64,000 bases of DNA from positions 18,195-82,194 of the forward strand of contig JAOAEE010000008.1 in assembly GCA_026416955.1 (NCBI GenBank). Reading direction: 5' to 3'. Below the pieces are notes generated by a model. It made no database searches, was not told the origin of the DNA, and worked only from the letters and a program-made list of their open reading frames with translations. A program made the translations under genes and the position numbers. Within the stretch, counting starts at the first letter, position 1. Each line of letters opens with the position of its first letter. Of the stretch, positions 1-8,188 are shown piece by piece. The stretch comes from Ignavibacteria bacterium (lineage in GTDB: Bacteria > Bacteroidota > Ignavibacteria > Kapaibacteriales > UBA2268).

Positions 1-111
1 ACCAAAAACAAAAATTAATAAAATTGAAAGACCAATAAAAATGCTTGATAGAATAAAAAATTGTTTTCTTTTACCTACAAAGTTAATGTTTGGTTTCTTA
101 AAGAATTGCAT
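1..111 (-). CDS. secF: Protein translocase subunit SecF, N-terminal fragment (runs off window start)
   Basis: Not in ORF track. Manual translation from ATG at 111 gives MQFFKKPNINFVGKRKQFFILSSIFIGLSILLIFVFG, the typical SecF start (NINFVGKRK then TM helix). GGGGGA RBS upstream; directly follows secD. Confidence 0.85.
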   Translation of the reverse strand, partial: MQFFKKPNINFVGKRKQFFILSSIFIGLSILLIFVFG

Positions 112-124
112 ATTTCCCCCTAAA

Positions 125-2251
125 TTAAGCACTTAATGTTTTTGGTTGGCCAAAACTAATGTTATTTGCACCAAGATTTAGCGTTATTTGGAATAATGCT
201 TTCGATATAAGGATTGCAGTGAATAAAGTAGTAATAATACCAATCATTAGTGTCATTGCAAAACCTTGGATTGGTCCCGTTCCTAAGAAATACAAAATTA
301 GACCAGTGATAAATGTTGTGATGTTAGAATCGAGAATAGCAGATAGAGCTTTGGAGTAGCCTTCGTCGATTGCAGAACGTATTGACCTACCTTTGTCCAG
401 TTCTTCTCGGACTCGTTCGTAAATAAGAACGTTTGCATCGACAGCCATACCAAGCGTAAGAATTATTCCAGCAATTCCGGGAAGGGTAAGAGTTCCTTGG
501 AAAGCAGCCATAATCCCTACTATTAGTAAAACGTTTATTAATACTGCAACGTTTGCGTAAACTCCAGCAAGAGAGTAGTAAATCATCATAAACAAAAGAA
601 CAAGAATTGCTGCAATAATTAAAGATTGAATACCTTTCTGTATAGAGTCTTCTCCAAGAGAAGGACCAACAATCCTTTCTTCGATAATTTGTACTGGGGC
701 TTTTAAAGCACCAGCTTTAAGAACAATTTTTAGCAATTTTGCTTCTTCGGGACTACTCATTCCAGTTATTTGTGAATTACCTCCTACTATTTTTTGTTGT
801 ACTACTGGGGCAGAGTAAACTACGTTGTCCAAAACAATAGCAATTCGTTTCTTTATGTTTGCTCCGGTAATTCTTGCCCATTTTTCGGCACCATCAGTAT
901 TCATCGACATAGTTACAATTGGTTGATTGGTAGTAGGGTCGTATGTAGCAATAGCGTCTGTAATTACTTCGCCTGTCAATTCTGGCTCACGCTTAAGAGC
1001 GTAAAAACTGTATATTTTATATTCTTTACCCGTGTTATCTTTGATAATATTTGGTTTAGCACTCCTGAGAATTTCGATATCGTAGGGAAGTAGCGCGCGT
1101 ACTTCTTTGCGATTTATTATTACTTCAAATTTGTTCCAAACATCTTCGAAAATTTCGAAATCAAATTCGCCTTTGGGAACTTGCGAAGCATTATAGAAAC
1201 GGACATCTCTTTGATATTGCGTTCTTTCTGCATTTGGTGGTAAGTAATTAGTAATAAACAAGGTTGTGAATGGGTGGTCTTCTAAATATTTTTTTGATTT
1301 TTCTTCTTGGGATAAACCAGCATAAGGATCAGTTGTATCTTGTACTTCTGCTTTCTTTGCAGTATCTACCTTACTATTAACGATATTTGTGTCTTTATTT
1401 TTTATTTCTTTTTTAGTTGTATCCAAAGGAGCAATCTCTTGACTTTTCTTTGTTGTGTCGGGTGGAATATTAGGCATTTCTTTGGTAACTAATTTTTCTT
1501 TCTTTAAAAACTCATCAATTTTATAAAAAGCAGCAACCAAGTTTTCGTCGTTTCGAACAAGTTTAAATTCTAGCCTTGCAGTAGTTTGTATCAGTTGCCT
1601 CATTTCCTTTTCATTGGTTACACCGGGGAGTTCCAATAGTATTCTTCTTTGACCAATTTTTTGTATCGTTGGTTCAGAAATTCCATATTTATCGACTCGT
1701 TGGCGTATGACTTGTAAAGCCTGGTCGATAGATTCCTGTGCATTTTCCTTTAACTTTTCGATAATTTTCTCTTCTGATTCTGCTGCATCGCCTCCAAAGT
1801 CATAATAGTCCGAAAGAAACTTTCTTTTGGGCCTTGCAATTTGGTCGAAATTTTTCTTAAAAATATCTACAACATCTTCGTTGGAATTTTTAGCATCTTG
1901 TTTAGTCTTCTCTAATACTTCAAGAAAAATATCGTCAATGGCATCTCTTTGTGCTGCCTCTTCAAGCATTTTTAGAACATCGACTTCAAGAGTAACATAC
2001 ATTCCACCTCGTAAATCAAGACCAAGTTTTATACGATTTGCTCGTGCATTAATGAGTTCCTCGCCATATGCTTTTTCGAACTTTTCAATAATTGCAAGAG
2101 AATCTTGGGGTGTTGCCGCTTTTTTGGCATTTTCAAAGTATTGTTGCCTTATTTTCTCCAATTTGCTTGCGTTATAAGTTGGATAAAGCAAAAACAAAGA
2201 GATGATAAGTGGGGCAATGACAAGAATAATTTTCCCAATAGACTTCTTCAA
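125..2251 (-). CDS. secD: Protein translocase subunit SecD
   Basis: IKLGLDLRGG, IRQRVDKYGISEPTIQ, IAIVLD, LKAGALKAP, GMAVDANVLIYERVREE motifs. Start moved from 2314 to TTG 2251 because GGAGG lies 6 nt upstream and a TAATTTTG element lies at 2284-2291. Confidence 0.95.
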   Translation of the reverse strand: MKKSIGKIILVIAPLIISLFLLYPTYNASKLEKIRQQYFENAKKAATPQDSLAIIEKFEKAYGEELINARANRIKLGLDLRGGMYVTLEVDVLKMLEEAAQRDAIDDIFLEVLEKTKQDAKNSNEDVVDIFKKNFDQIARPKRKFLSDYYDFGGDAAESEEKIIEKLKENAQESIDQALQVIRQRVDKYGISEPTIQKIGQRRILLELPGVTNEKEMRQLIQTTARLEFKLVRNDENLVAAFYKIDEFLKKEKLVTKEMPNIPPDTTKKSQEIAPLDTTKKEIKNKDTNIVNSKVDTAKKAEVQDTTDPYAGLSQEEKSKKYLEDHPFTTLFITNYLPPNAERTQYQRDVRFYNASQVPKGEFDFEIFEDVWNKFEVIINRKEVRALLPYDIEILRSAKPNIIKDNTGKEYKIYSFYALKREPELTGEVITDAIATYDPTTNQPIVTMSMNTDGAEKWARITGANIKKRIAIVLDNVVYSAPVVQQKIVGGNSQITGMSSPEEAKLLKIVLKAGALKAPVQIIEERIVGPSLGEDSIQKGIQSLIIAAILVLLFMMIYYSLAGVYANVAVLINVLLIVGIMAAFQGTLTLPGIAGIILTLGMAVDANVLIYERVREELDKGRSIRSAIDEGYSKALSAILDSNITTFITGLILYFLGTGPIQGFAMTLMIGIITTLFTAILISKALFQITLNLGANNISFGQPKTLSA

Positions 2252-2283
2252 TTGCAACCTCCAAAATAAATATGAAAAAAATA

Positions 2284-2291
2284 CAAAATTA
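2284..2291 (-). promoter_or_regulatory. Putative -7 promoter element (TAATTTTG) for secD
   Basis: Exact match to the Bacteroidota-type TAnnTTTG consensus, 32 nt upstream of the revised start. Confidence 0.55.
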
Positions 2292-2571
2292 CAATAATAT
2301 AGGTTTTTTACCAATTAATTTTTCTTTTAATTGTTCTTAACTTAATTCTTCTCTTTCAATTCTATTTTAAAAAATTACTTCATTTCTTAAATTTCTATCC
2401 TTGGTTTCTAATTTTACCAAAAATGTAGTGAGTTTTGCGTGTGAAAAATACCTCACTTAGATAAAATCTATAGTGAGTGGAAAAAGAAGACCTTAAAAGA
2501 AAAATCTTATAATTTATGAGATTATTTATAGTTTGTGTAGGGTAGTAAGAATAAATTTAATTATTAGGTAA

Positions 2572-3225
2572 TATGCAACTGGGTCCGATACACAGGACAA
2601 AGCACATTGGGCAGGGTTATTAGATGGAGAAACACAGATATTAGATAATGGACAAAATCTTTCAGTTTTGTATTTTTGTGGTGGATGGAATTGCAGGCAT
2701 CATTGGAGTCCGGTCGAAGGCGAAATGCAAAAGGATGGGAAATTGTTTGTGCACAAGACTTGGAGCGACAATTTCAAGCGAATGCAAGAAGAAAGGAAAA
2801 AAAACGAGGTAAAGAAATTGGAGAAGGAGATGGAGACAGCGAGTCGGCTTGCCGAGTGTCCGAATGTATCGAAGGTTGAGTTGAACCTTGAACGAGCCGG
2901 GCGTGTCGTTCGGCAGTTGAAGGAAGAAACTGGGGCTGGGGATATCGATATTTTTGTCGACGGAATGCCAGTGCAGTTGAAGTCGACACAGAGTAAAAGC
3001 GGTGAAATTTTTAAAAGTATTATTGAAAGGTCGCACAAACAAGCAAATGTGTTTGTTATTGAATACGAAGATTTTGATTATGTTGCCGATAAAATTAATA
3101 TGTTAGAAGATTTATTAAGGAAAAAAGGAAAAAAAAGAGTATTTTTGTTTAATAAAACAACTGGTAATTTTTTTGAGGTGAAGTATAAGCTAAATTCTTT
3201 TTTGAAGTTAAGTTTGCACAAATAA
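2572..3225 (+). pseudogene. Truncated phage MuF/minor-head-protein C-terminus fused to a CdiA-CT-like PD-(D/E)XK nuclease domain
   Basis: Frame is open from 2572 (after TAA 2569-2571) and encodes LDNGQNLSVLYFCGGWNCRHHWSPV (MuF-type GGxNCRH motif), then KEMETASRLAE...DIDIFVDGMPVQLKSTQS...IIERSHKQANVFVIE. The N-terminal part of a head protein is absent. Elevated GC (hand count 144/300 at 2701-3000). Confidence 0.6.
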
Positions 3226-3424
3226 TAAGGGGTTTGTATTTTTCTGGTTTGATAATAATAAATTCTTTATTAGTTAATAAACATAACTTAAATAAATTCC
3301 TATAAATAAGTAATTTGATTTATTTTTTTTAAATAAATAATCTAAGATATTGACAATTAATAATTAAATAGATTTGATTAAGAATTTTGAAGGAAAAATA
3401 AAATAAAAATTTTTTTGTGTTAAT

Positions 3425-4153
3425 TTATATAAACAGTATCTTCTTTATTTTTTTGTAAAGTTCCCACGTTGAGTTTACATCGCGAAGGCAGTAAAGTGCA
3501 ATTTCAATTAAATTACCTTCTTTGTAATATTGGCTTACGTTTGAACCATCTATACCAAATGCTTTGGGGGATTCAATTCCGAAGGCACGGGTGTAAAAAT
3601 CAAGGTTAAATCTTTTAGTGGGTGAAAAATAATTTGTTGGCTGGTAGAATGTCAATTCGTCAAGCAAATCGGTGTGGAATTGGTAATTATACTTAGTTCC
3701 TTCCATCAAGTTCCTTGTTGGAACTACGCCGTGAATTGCGGAACGCAACATAATGAAGGGACAATCGAAATTTCTACCATTGAATGAAATTAGGTGAATG
3801 TCTGGATATTTGGCTAATATGCGCCAAAAAACTTCTAAGCATTTAGTTTCCGTAACCGTATATATTTCAAAATTATCGATTATCTTAGCTTCTTCAACTT
3901 CGACAGGTGAATTGTCGACCACATAAGCAACGGCCTTCTTAGTTAATTCATTGTCATTTTCCAATTCAACGAAAATTAATCCAATGCAAATGATTTGTGC
4001 TGTAAAAGGTGAAAGACCAAGTTCAACCTTTCTTTTTTCTTTTTCTTCTTCAGTTATAAGATTTCTAAGAAGGTATTCTTTTTGAGATTCCGAGAAAGTA
4101 TCCCAATCAAGAGGTGTTGTTTCAATGTCGAAAACAAGATATTCTTCTTTCAT
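3425..4153 (-). CDS. Predicted 3'-5' exonuclease related to the PolB exonuclease domain (DEDD family)
   Basis: VFDIET (ExoI), SFNGRNFDCPFI (ExoII) and YCLRDV (ExoIII) motifs. Confidence 0.85.
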   Translation of the reverse strand: MKEEYLVFDIETTPLDWDTFSESQKEYLLRNLITEEEKEKRKVELGLSPFTAQIICIGLIFVELENDNELTKKAVAYVVDNSPVEVEEAKIIDNFEIYTVTETKCLEVFWRILAKYPDIHLISFNGRNFDCPFIMLRSAIHGVVPTRNLMEGTKYNYQFHTDLLDELTFYQPTNYFSPTKRFNLDFYTRAFGIESPKAFGIDGSNVSQYYKEGNLIEIALYCLRDVNSTWELYKKIKKILFI

Positions 4154-4178
4154 ACCAAAATATTTAGTAATAAAAGGT

Positions 4179-4186
4179 TAATTTTG
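4179..4186 (+). promoter_or_regulatory. Putative -7 promoter element (TAATTTTG) for the bamD operon
   Basis: Exact motif 36 nt upstream of ATG 4223. Confidence 0.55.
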
Positions 4187-4222
4187 CAACTTACAAACTT
4201 ATTTTTTTTTGAATTTACTTTT

Positions 4223-4966
4223 ATGAAAAAAATTTATTTATGTTTTTTATTTATTTTGATTTTTATTGCTTGTTCAACAACAAAAAAAGAAGTAATAAAC
4301 TCTGCTGATGATTTGTTTAATATTGCAAAGGCTGAATTTCAAAAGAAAAAATTTGAGGAAGCAGAAAAGTACTTCGACTTATTAAAACTTCAATATCCAG
4401 GAAGCCAGTATGCAGATGATGCTCAGTTTTATTTGGGTGAAATAAGTTTTGAAAAAGGGGATTACATTATGGCTGCTTTTCATTACTCGACTTTGCGCCG
4501 TTGGTTCCCCTCGAGTGAGTATTGTAAAGTTGCTCTTTTTAAAACAGGGTTAAGTTATTATCAACTTTCACCACCCTATGACAGAGAGCAAGAGTACACT
4601 TTTAAAGCAATTGAATATTTTTTAGAATTTCGGAGTACCTATCCAGATGATTCACTTAATGTTGCCACAAATTTGTATTTAAAAGAGTTGAGAAATAAAC
4701 TTGCATATAGAAATTTGTTTACAGCAAATCTATACTATAAGTGGCAAAGTTATAAGTCCGCTTTAATATACTTGGACATAGTTTTGGACGAATATCCAGA
4801 TACAGATTATGTTGAAGATGCTTTTTGGTTGAAGATATTAATATACAAGGAAAGGGGTTTATTTTACGATTTGGAAGAATTAATTAAACAATATAAAAGG
4901 TTATTTCCAAATGGGAAATATTTCACACAAGTTGAAAATATAGAAAATCTAAAAGGAAGCAAATAA
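4223..4966 (+). CDS. bamD: Outer membrane protein assembly factor BamD (TPR lipoprotein)
   Basis: Lipobox FIACS; YPGSQYADDAQFYLGE, LSPPYDREQEYT and YPDTDYVEDA BamD-like TPR motifs. Start revised from 4082 to ATG 4223 (signal peptide, promoter motif). Confidence 0.9.
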   Translation: MKKIYLCFLFILIFIACSTTKKEVINSADDLFNIAKAEFQKKKFEEAEKYFDLLKLQYPGSQYADDAQFYLGEISFEKGDYIMAAFHYSTLRRWFPSSEYCKVALFKTGLSYYQLSPPYDREQEYTFKAIEYFLEFRSTYPDDSLNVATNLYLKELRNKLAYRNLFTANLYYKWQSYKSALIYLDIVLDEYPDTDYVEDAFWLKILIYKERGLFYDLEELIKQYKRLFPNGKYFTQVENIENLKGSK

Positions 4967-5901
4967 TGAAAAAAATTATTGTTGTTGGAATAATCTTTCT
5001 TTTGCCTTTTTGGGTTTTTTCGAATAAACCTTTTGCAATTATTGTACACGGGGGTGCTGGAACTTATTCAAATGATTCTATCCAAAACTACAAGATAATG
5101 CAAGTAATTTCGGATGCTGTTGAAAAAGGTTACAAAGTATTGGAAAATGGTGGTGCAGCCGTTGATGCTGTCGAGACGGCAATTAAGGTACTGGAAGACT
5201 CGCGACTTTTTAATGCTGGTAAAGGTTCTGTCCTAAATGAGGAAGGATTTGTAGAAATGGATGCATCGATAATGGAGGGCAAGGAATTAAAGGCTGGTGC
5301 TGTGGCAGGTGTAAGAGATTTTCCCAATCCAATTTCTCTTGCTCGCCTTGTAATGGAGAAAACACCCCATTTGCTTTTTGCTGGCGAGGGTGTTGGGAAA
5401 TTAATCGATAGGTTTCAACTAAAAAGGATTAATCCAGATTCATTGGTTACACCCGAGAAATTGCAAGAAATTAAAAGTGGTAAAATCCATAAGAAAGGAA
5501 CTGTTGGAGCGGTTGCTTTGGACAAATATGGGAATATTGCTGCTGGAACTTCAACTGGTGGAATTGCAAATAAAATGGTTGGGCGTGTTGGGGATTCTCC
5601 TATTATTGGGGCTGGAACATATGCAAAGAATTCTACTTGTGGGGTTTCTTGTACTGGGTTAGGAGAATTTTTTATTAAACAAAGTGCTGCCTTTCATATA
5701 TCTGCTTTGATTGAATATGCAAATTATTCCCTAAAAGATGCTGTGGGTTATGTGTTGTCCGAAATAATGAAAATGGGGGCTACTGGTGGTATTATTGCTA
5801 TAGATAAGAATGGCAACATTTTTTTCGACTACACTACTCAAGGTATGCCTTGTGGCTATAAAAGTAGTTCAGGGGTTAAGAAAGTATTAATATTCAAGTA
5901 G
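4966..5901 (+). CDS. Isoaspartyl peptidase / L-asparaginase (Ntn hydrolase, asparaginase 2 family) with signal peptide
   Basis: IIVHGGAG, FNAGKGSVL, EMDASIM, nucleophile segment GTVGAVALD, TSTGG, GRVGDSPIIGAG. Confidence 0.92.
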   Translation: MKKIIVVGIIFLLPFWVFSNKPFAIIVHGGAGTYSNDSIQNYKIMQVISDAVEKGYKVLENGGAAVDAVETAIKVLEDSRLFNAGKGSVLNEEGFVEMDASIMEGKELKAGAVAGVRDFPNPISLARLVMEKTPHLLFAGEGVGKLIDRFQLKRINPDSLVTPEKLQEIKSGKIHKKGTVGAVALDKYGNIAAGTSTGGIANKMVGRVGDSPIIGAGTYAKNSTCGVSCTGLGEFFIKQSAAFHISALIEYANYSLKDAVGYVLSEIMKMGATGGIIAIDKNGNIFFDYTTQGMPCGYKSSSGVKKVLIFK

Positions 5902-5976
5902 AGGGCTCTTTTTAAGATATTTTTCAATAAAATTCCATTTAGTTTGTCTTTAATAAATATTTAAATTGATTTATCT

Positions 5977-6369
5977 ATGCAAAGGATAATGTTAAAATCA
6001 AAAATTCACAGAGCAAAAATTACTGATGCGAATTTATACTACGAGGGTAGTTTTACAATTGATGAAGAGCTTCTTGAAGCTGCGAATATTTTACCATACG
6101 AAAAAGTTTCTGTTGTGAATATTAATAATGGTGAGAGGTTCGATACTTATGTTATTCCTGGTTTGCGTGGCAAAAGGGAATTTTGTCTTAATGGTGCAGC
6201 TGCTCGAAAAGGTGCAATAGGAGACGAGGTAATAGTTATTAGTTATTCTATCTATACTGAAGAAGAGTTGAAAAACTATAAACCACTTGTTGTTCTCCTT
6301 GACCAAAACAACAACATTGTTGAAATTACTGACAAGACAGAGGCAAACAAAATAGTTTCCAAAAGGTAG
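5977..6369 (+). CDS. panD: Aspartate 1-decarboxylase
   Basis: [17 protein letters not shown] (self-cleavage G-S), [15 protein letters not shown]. Confidence 0.97.
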   Translation: MQRIMLKSKIHRAKITDANLYYEGSFTIDEELLEAANILPYEKVSVVNINNGERFDTYVIPGLRGKREFCLNGAAARKGAIGDEVIVISYSIYTEEELKNYKPLVVLLDQNNNIVEITDKTEANKIVSKR

Positions 6370-6374
6370 TTGAA

Positions 6375-7553
6375 GTGATTGGAATTGCTATACTAGCCGC
6401 TGGCAAAGGTAAAAGGATGAATTCCGTTGATAAACCCAAGGTTTTAGTTAATCTTAAAGGGAAACCTCTACTAAGCTATGTTTTAGATAGTGCATTAAAT
6501 TTAGAACCGACAAAAATTTATGTAATTGTTGGCTTTAAAAAAGAATCTGTAATTGAGTATTTGAACCACAATTATTATTCCAAATATATTCAAATAGTTG
6601 AACAGAAGGAGCAACTTGGAACTGGACATGCAATTTTGCAGTTAGAACCTTATATATCGAACGAGGTAGAAAACTTGTTGATTCTTTCGGGGGATGTTCC
6701 ATTAATTACACCAGAAACTTTAAAAAAGTTTATTGAATTTCATCTAAATGGAAATTATGAGCTATCTTTGATTTCAACAACCGTTAATACTCCTTATGGT
6801 TATGGCAGAATTATTAGAAACCTTAATGGGGAGCTAATTGGAATAGTTGAACAAAAGGATTTGTTGCCAAGCCAAGAGGGAATAAAAGAAATTAATTCTG
6901 GGATATACATTGTAAAAATAAAACATTTATTTAACTATCTAAAATTGTTGAAAAATGATAATTCTCAAAGGGAGTATTATCTAACTGACATTGTAAGTTT
7001 GTATGTAAGTGATTCAAAGAAAGTAGGTGTCTATTTCATTGATGATAATACTGAGGTTTTGGGAGTAAATAGACCGGAAGAATTAATTGAACTTGAAAAG
7101 TTGTTGAATAAAAAATTGGGTGTAAATATGATTAAAGGGGTAAACCATATTGGAATTGCTGTTTCGAACCTAGAAAATAGCATTAACCAGTTCGAAAAGT
7201 TATTTGATGTTAAGGAATTCCATATAGAGACTGTTGAATCTCAAAAAGTTAAAATCGCTTCTTTCAAGGTTGGAAATGTATTGATTGAACTGACTGCACC
7301 AACCGACGATGAATCCCCGATTGCAAAGTTTATTCAAAAAAGAGGCGAAGGTATACACCATATTGCTTTTGAGGTTAATGGCATTCAAAGTGAATTGGAT
7401 AGACTTCGTAATCAAGGAGTTAATTTAATTAATGAAAAACCAGTTGAGGGTGCTCATAATATGGAAATTGCTTTTATCCATCCTAAGTCCGCTAATGGAG
7501 TACTTATAGAATTTTGTCAAACCAAAAATGTTATGTCCAACAAAGAGAGTTAA
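6375..7553 (+). CDS. In-frame fusion: GlmU-N-like sugar-phosphate nucleotidyltransferase (aa 1-251) plus methylmalonyl-CoA epimerase (VOC fold, from internal ATG 7128)
   Basis: ILAAGKGKRM, EQLGTGHA, EINSGIY, EYYLTD, GVN in the N-part; HIGIAV, IELTAP, GEGIHHIAF, FIHPKSANGVLIEF in the C-part. No stop between them. Confidence 0.85.
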   Translation: MIGIAILAAGKGKRMNSVDKPKVLVNLKGKPLLSYVLDSALNLEPTKIYVIVGFKKESVIEYLNHNYYSKYIQIVEQKEQLGTGHAILQLEPYISNEVENLLILSGDVPLITPETLKKFIEFHLNGNYELSLISTTVNTPYGYGRIIRNLNGELIGIVEQKDLLPSQEGIKEINSGIYIVKIKHLFNYLKLLKNDNSQREYYLTDIVSLYVSDSKKVGVYFIDDNTEVLGVNRPEELIELEKLLNKKLGVNMIKGVNHIGIAVSNLENSINQFEKLFDVKEFHIETVESQKVKIASFKVGNVLIELTAPTDDESPIAKFIQKRGEGIHHIAFEVNGIQSELDRLRNQGVNLINEKPVEGAHNMEIAFIHPKSANGVLIEFCQTKNVMSNKES

Positions 7554-7558
7554 TTATT

Positions 7559-8188
7559 ATGCCATTATTAATTTTAGTTCGACACGGAGAATCTGAGTGG
7601 AACTTGCAAAATAGGTTTACTGGTTGGGTCGATATCGACCTTTCTTCTCGTGGTGTTGAGGAAGCTCATCAAGCTGGAAAAACACTAAGGAAACACAATT
7701 ACAAAATTGATGCTGTGTTCACTTCGGTTTTAAAACGAGCAATAAGAACTACCGAAATAATTTTGGAAGAACTTGGTCTTAATGGTATGCATTATGAAAA
7801 AGATCAAGCATTGAATGAAAGGCATTATGGAGACTTACAAGGAATGAATAAAACAGAAATTGGAGAAAAATATGGCTTCGACCAATTAAAAATTTGGAGA
7901 AGAAGTTATGATGTCGCTCCTCCCGGAGGCGAGTCTCTTAAAGATACTCAAAACAGAGTTTTACCATACTATCATAATAAAATTGAACCTTTATTGAAAG
8001 AAGGGAAGAATGTTCTAATATCTGCCCACGGAAATTCATTACGCGCATTGGTAATGTATCTGGAAGGGTTGTCGAAAGAAGAGGTCTTGGAATTAAATAT
8101 ACCTACTGGGGTTCCTTATGTTTACGAGTTAGATGAAAATTTGAATATTAAGAATAAGTTAATTTTGGAAAATAAGGTTGAAGTATGA
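7559..8188 (+). CDS. gpmA: 2,3-bisphosphoglycerate-dependent phosphoglycerate mutase
   Basis: LVRHGESEWN, RFTGWVD, LNERHYGDLQG, AHGNSLRAL, IPTGVP. Start revised to ATG 7559. Confidence 0.95.
   Translation: MPLLILVRHGESEWNLQNRFTGWVDIDLSSRGVEEAHQAGKTLRKHNYKIDAVFTSVLKRAIRTTEIILEELGLNGMHYEKDQALNERHYGDLQGMNKTEIGEKYGFDQLKIWRRSYDVAPPGGESLKDTQNRVLPYYHNKIEPLLKEGKNVLISAHGNSLRALVMYLEGLSKEEVLELNIPTGVPYVYELDENLNIKNKLILENKVEV

Noticed and set aside
2662-3042. Minus-strand ORFs 2662-3042, 2700-3038 and 2774-2989, and + ORF 2676-2879
   Set aside because: They overlap the frame that carries the MuF and nuclease motifs; the higher local GC explains the stop-free antisense frames.
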